Source of the DNA: Promethearchaeota archaeon
GTDB lineage: Archaea > Asgardarchaeota > Lokiarchaeia > Sigyniarchaeales > SOKP01
Direction of reading: 5' to 3'
DNA: 48,089 nucleotides
NCBI GenBank assembly: GCA_016840085.1
Contig: JAEOTA010000074.1
Coordinates: forward strand, 1-48,089
The first letter of the stretch is position 1, and the number at the start of each line of letters is the position of its first letter. The translations under genes and the position numbers were made by a program. The notes under the pieces were generated by a model. That model saw only the letters and a program-made list of their open reading frames with translations. It ran no database searches and was not told where the DNA came from. Of this stretch, positions 47,780 to 48,089 are shown one piece after another.

Positions 47780-47850
47780 GGGTTTTTATAGGTGACCCTA
47801 TAGAAGATCCTATATAACAATAAAATAGTCAAAAATTTTGTATTTAAATC
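47780..47850 (-). promoter_or_regulatory. TATA box plus three 12-bp tandem repeats (copy 2)
   Basis: Minus strand GATTTAAATACAAAA (47850-47836), then ATATAGGATCTT / CTATAGGGTCAC / CTATAAAAACCC (47815-47780). Confidence 0.6.
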
Positions 47851-48027
47851 TTTACTTCTTTATTTTTTCTTTAAATAATTTTAGTATTATTGATGATGTG
47901 CGTCATTTTCTATAATAGAAATACTAAAGTGATTAATTTAATAAAAGATAAATATTATAATTTTATCTTATTTATAGTAAGATTAAAAGCATAAGAATAG
48001 AATTTTAATTTAAGGAGTGTAAAATAA

Positions 48028-48089
48028 ATGTCAGAAGCAACAATTAATGAGGAATTTACTACTAAACTGAAAAATGAGCAATTTCTCTA
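48028..48089 (+). CDS. Start of a second PAS protein paralog (cut by the window edge)
   Basis: MSEATINEEFTTKLKNEQFL vs MSDINTKGEFTTRLRSETFL (10/20 identical, ungapped); SD aaggagtg. Confidence 0.65.
   Translation, partial: MSEATINEEFTTKLKNEQFL

Noticed and set aside
1-48089. CRISPR array, tRNA/rRNA, integrase or intact transposase; the whole window as one mobile element bounded by the inverted modules
   Set aside because: No spaced repeats or RNA gene signatures found by eye. The two modules are substantially diverged and enclose core metabolic genes, consistent with an old duplication rather than element termini.

Overview
Strongly AT-rich archaeal DNA, most likely from an Asgard archaeon (Lokiarchaeia/Promethearchaeota). 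This rests on two Rab-like small GTPases, a longin-like protein, an MPN/JAMM-TPR protein, an SDS22-type LRR protein, a Loki-CTERM-like sorting tail, GGTGA-type SD motifs and TATA-box promoters. The core (~4.6-37.6 kb) holds housekeeping genes (purH, guaB, GGT, polyprenyl synthase, comD/comE, CoA-transferase III, HAD, MBL, radical SAM). It also holds three divergent cassettes in which double winged-helix regulators (two fused, one split) face two ABC exporters and a stand-alone condensation-domain protein. All three intergenic regions carry a TTCA-N7-TGAA palindrome. Both flanks are accessory and rich in gene fragments. The most notable structure is not in the ORF track: an old inverted duplication at the two ends of the window. 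Each copy has a PAS gene, a homologous divergent promoter with three 12-bp tandem repeats, a variable cargo gene and a 55-56 aa CxxC..HxxH microprotein. The left cargo is a beta/gamma-crystallin-like protein; the right cargo is a degenerate Rab-like pseudo-GTPase, followed by a longin-like gene. Several genes appear to initiate at ATA/ATT. There is also a candidate ~120-nt structured RNA. No rRNA, tRNA, CRISPR array or intact transposase was recognised. All family calls come from motif recognition by eye, not from database searches.
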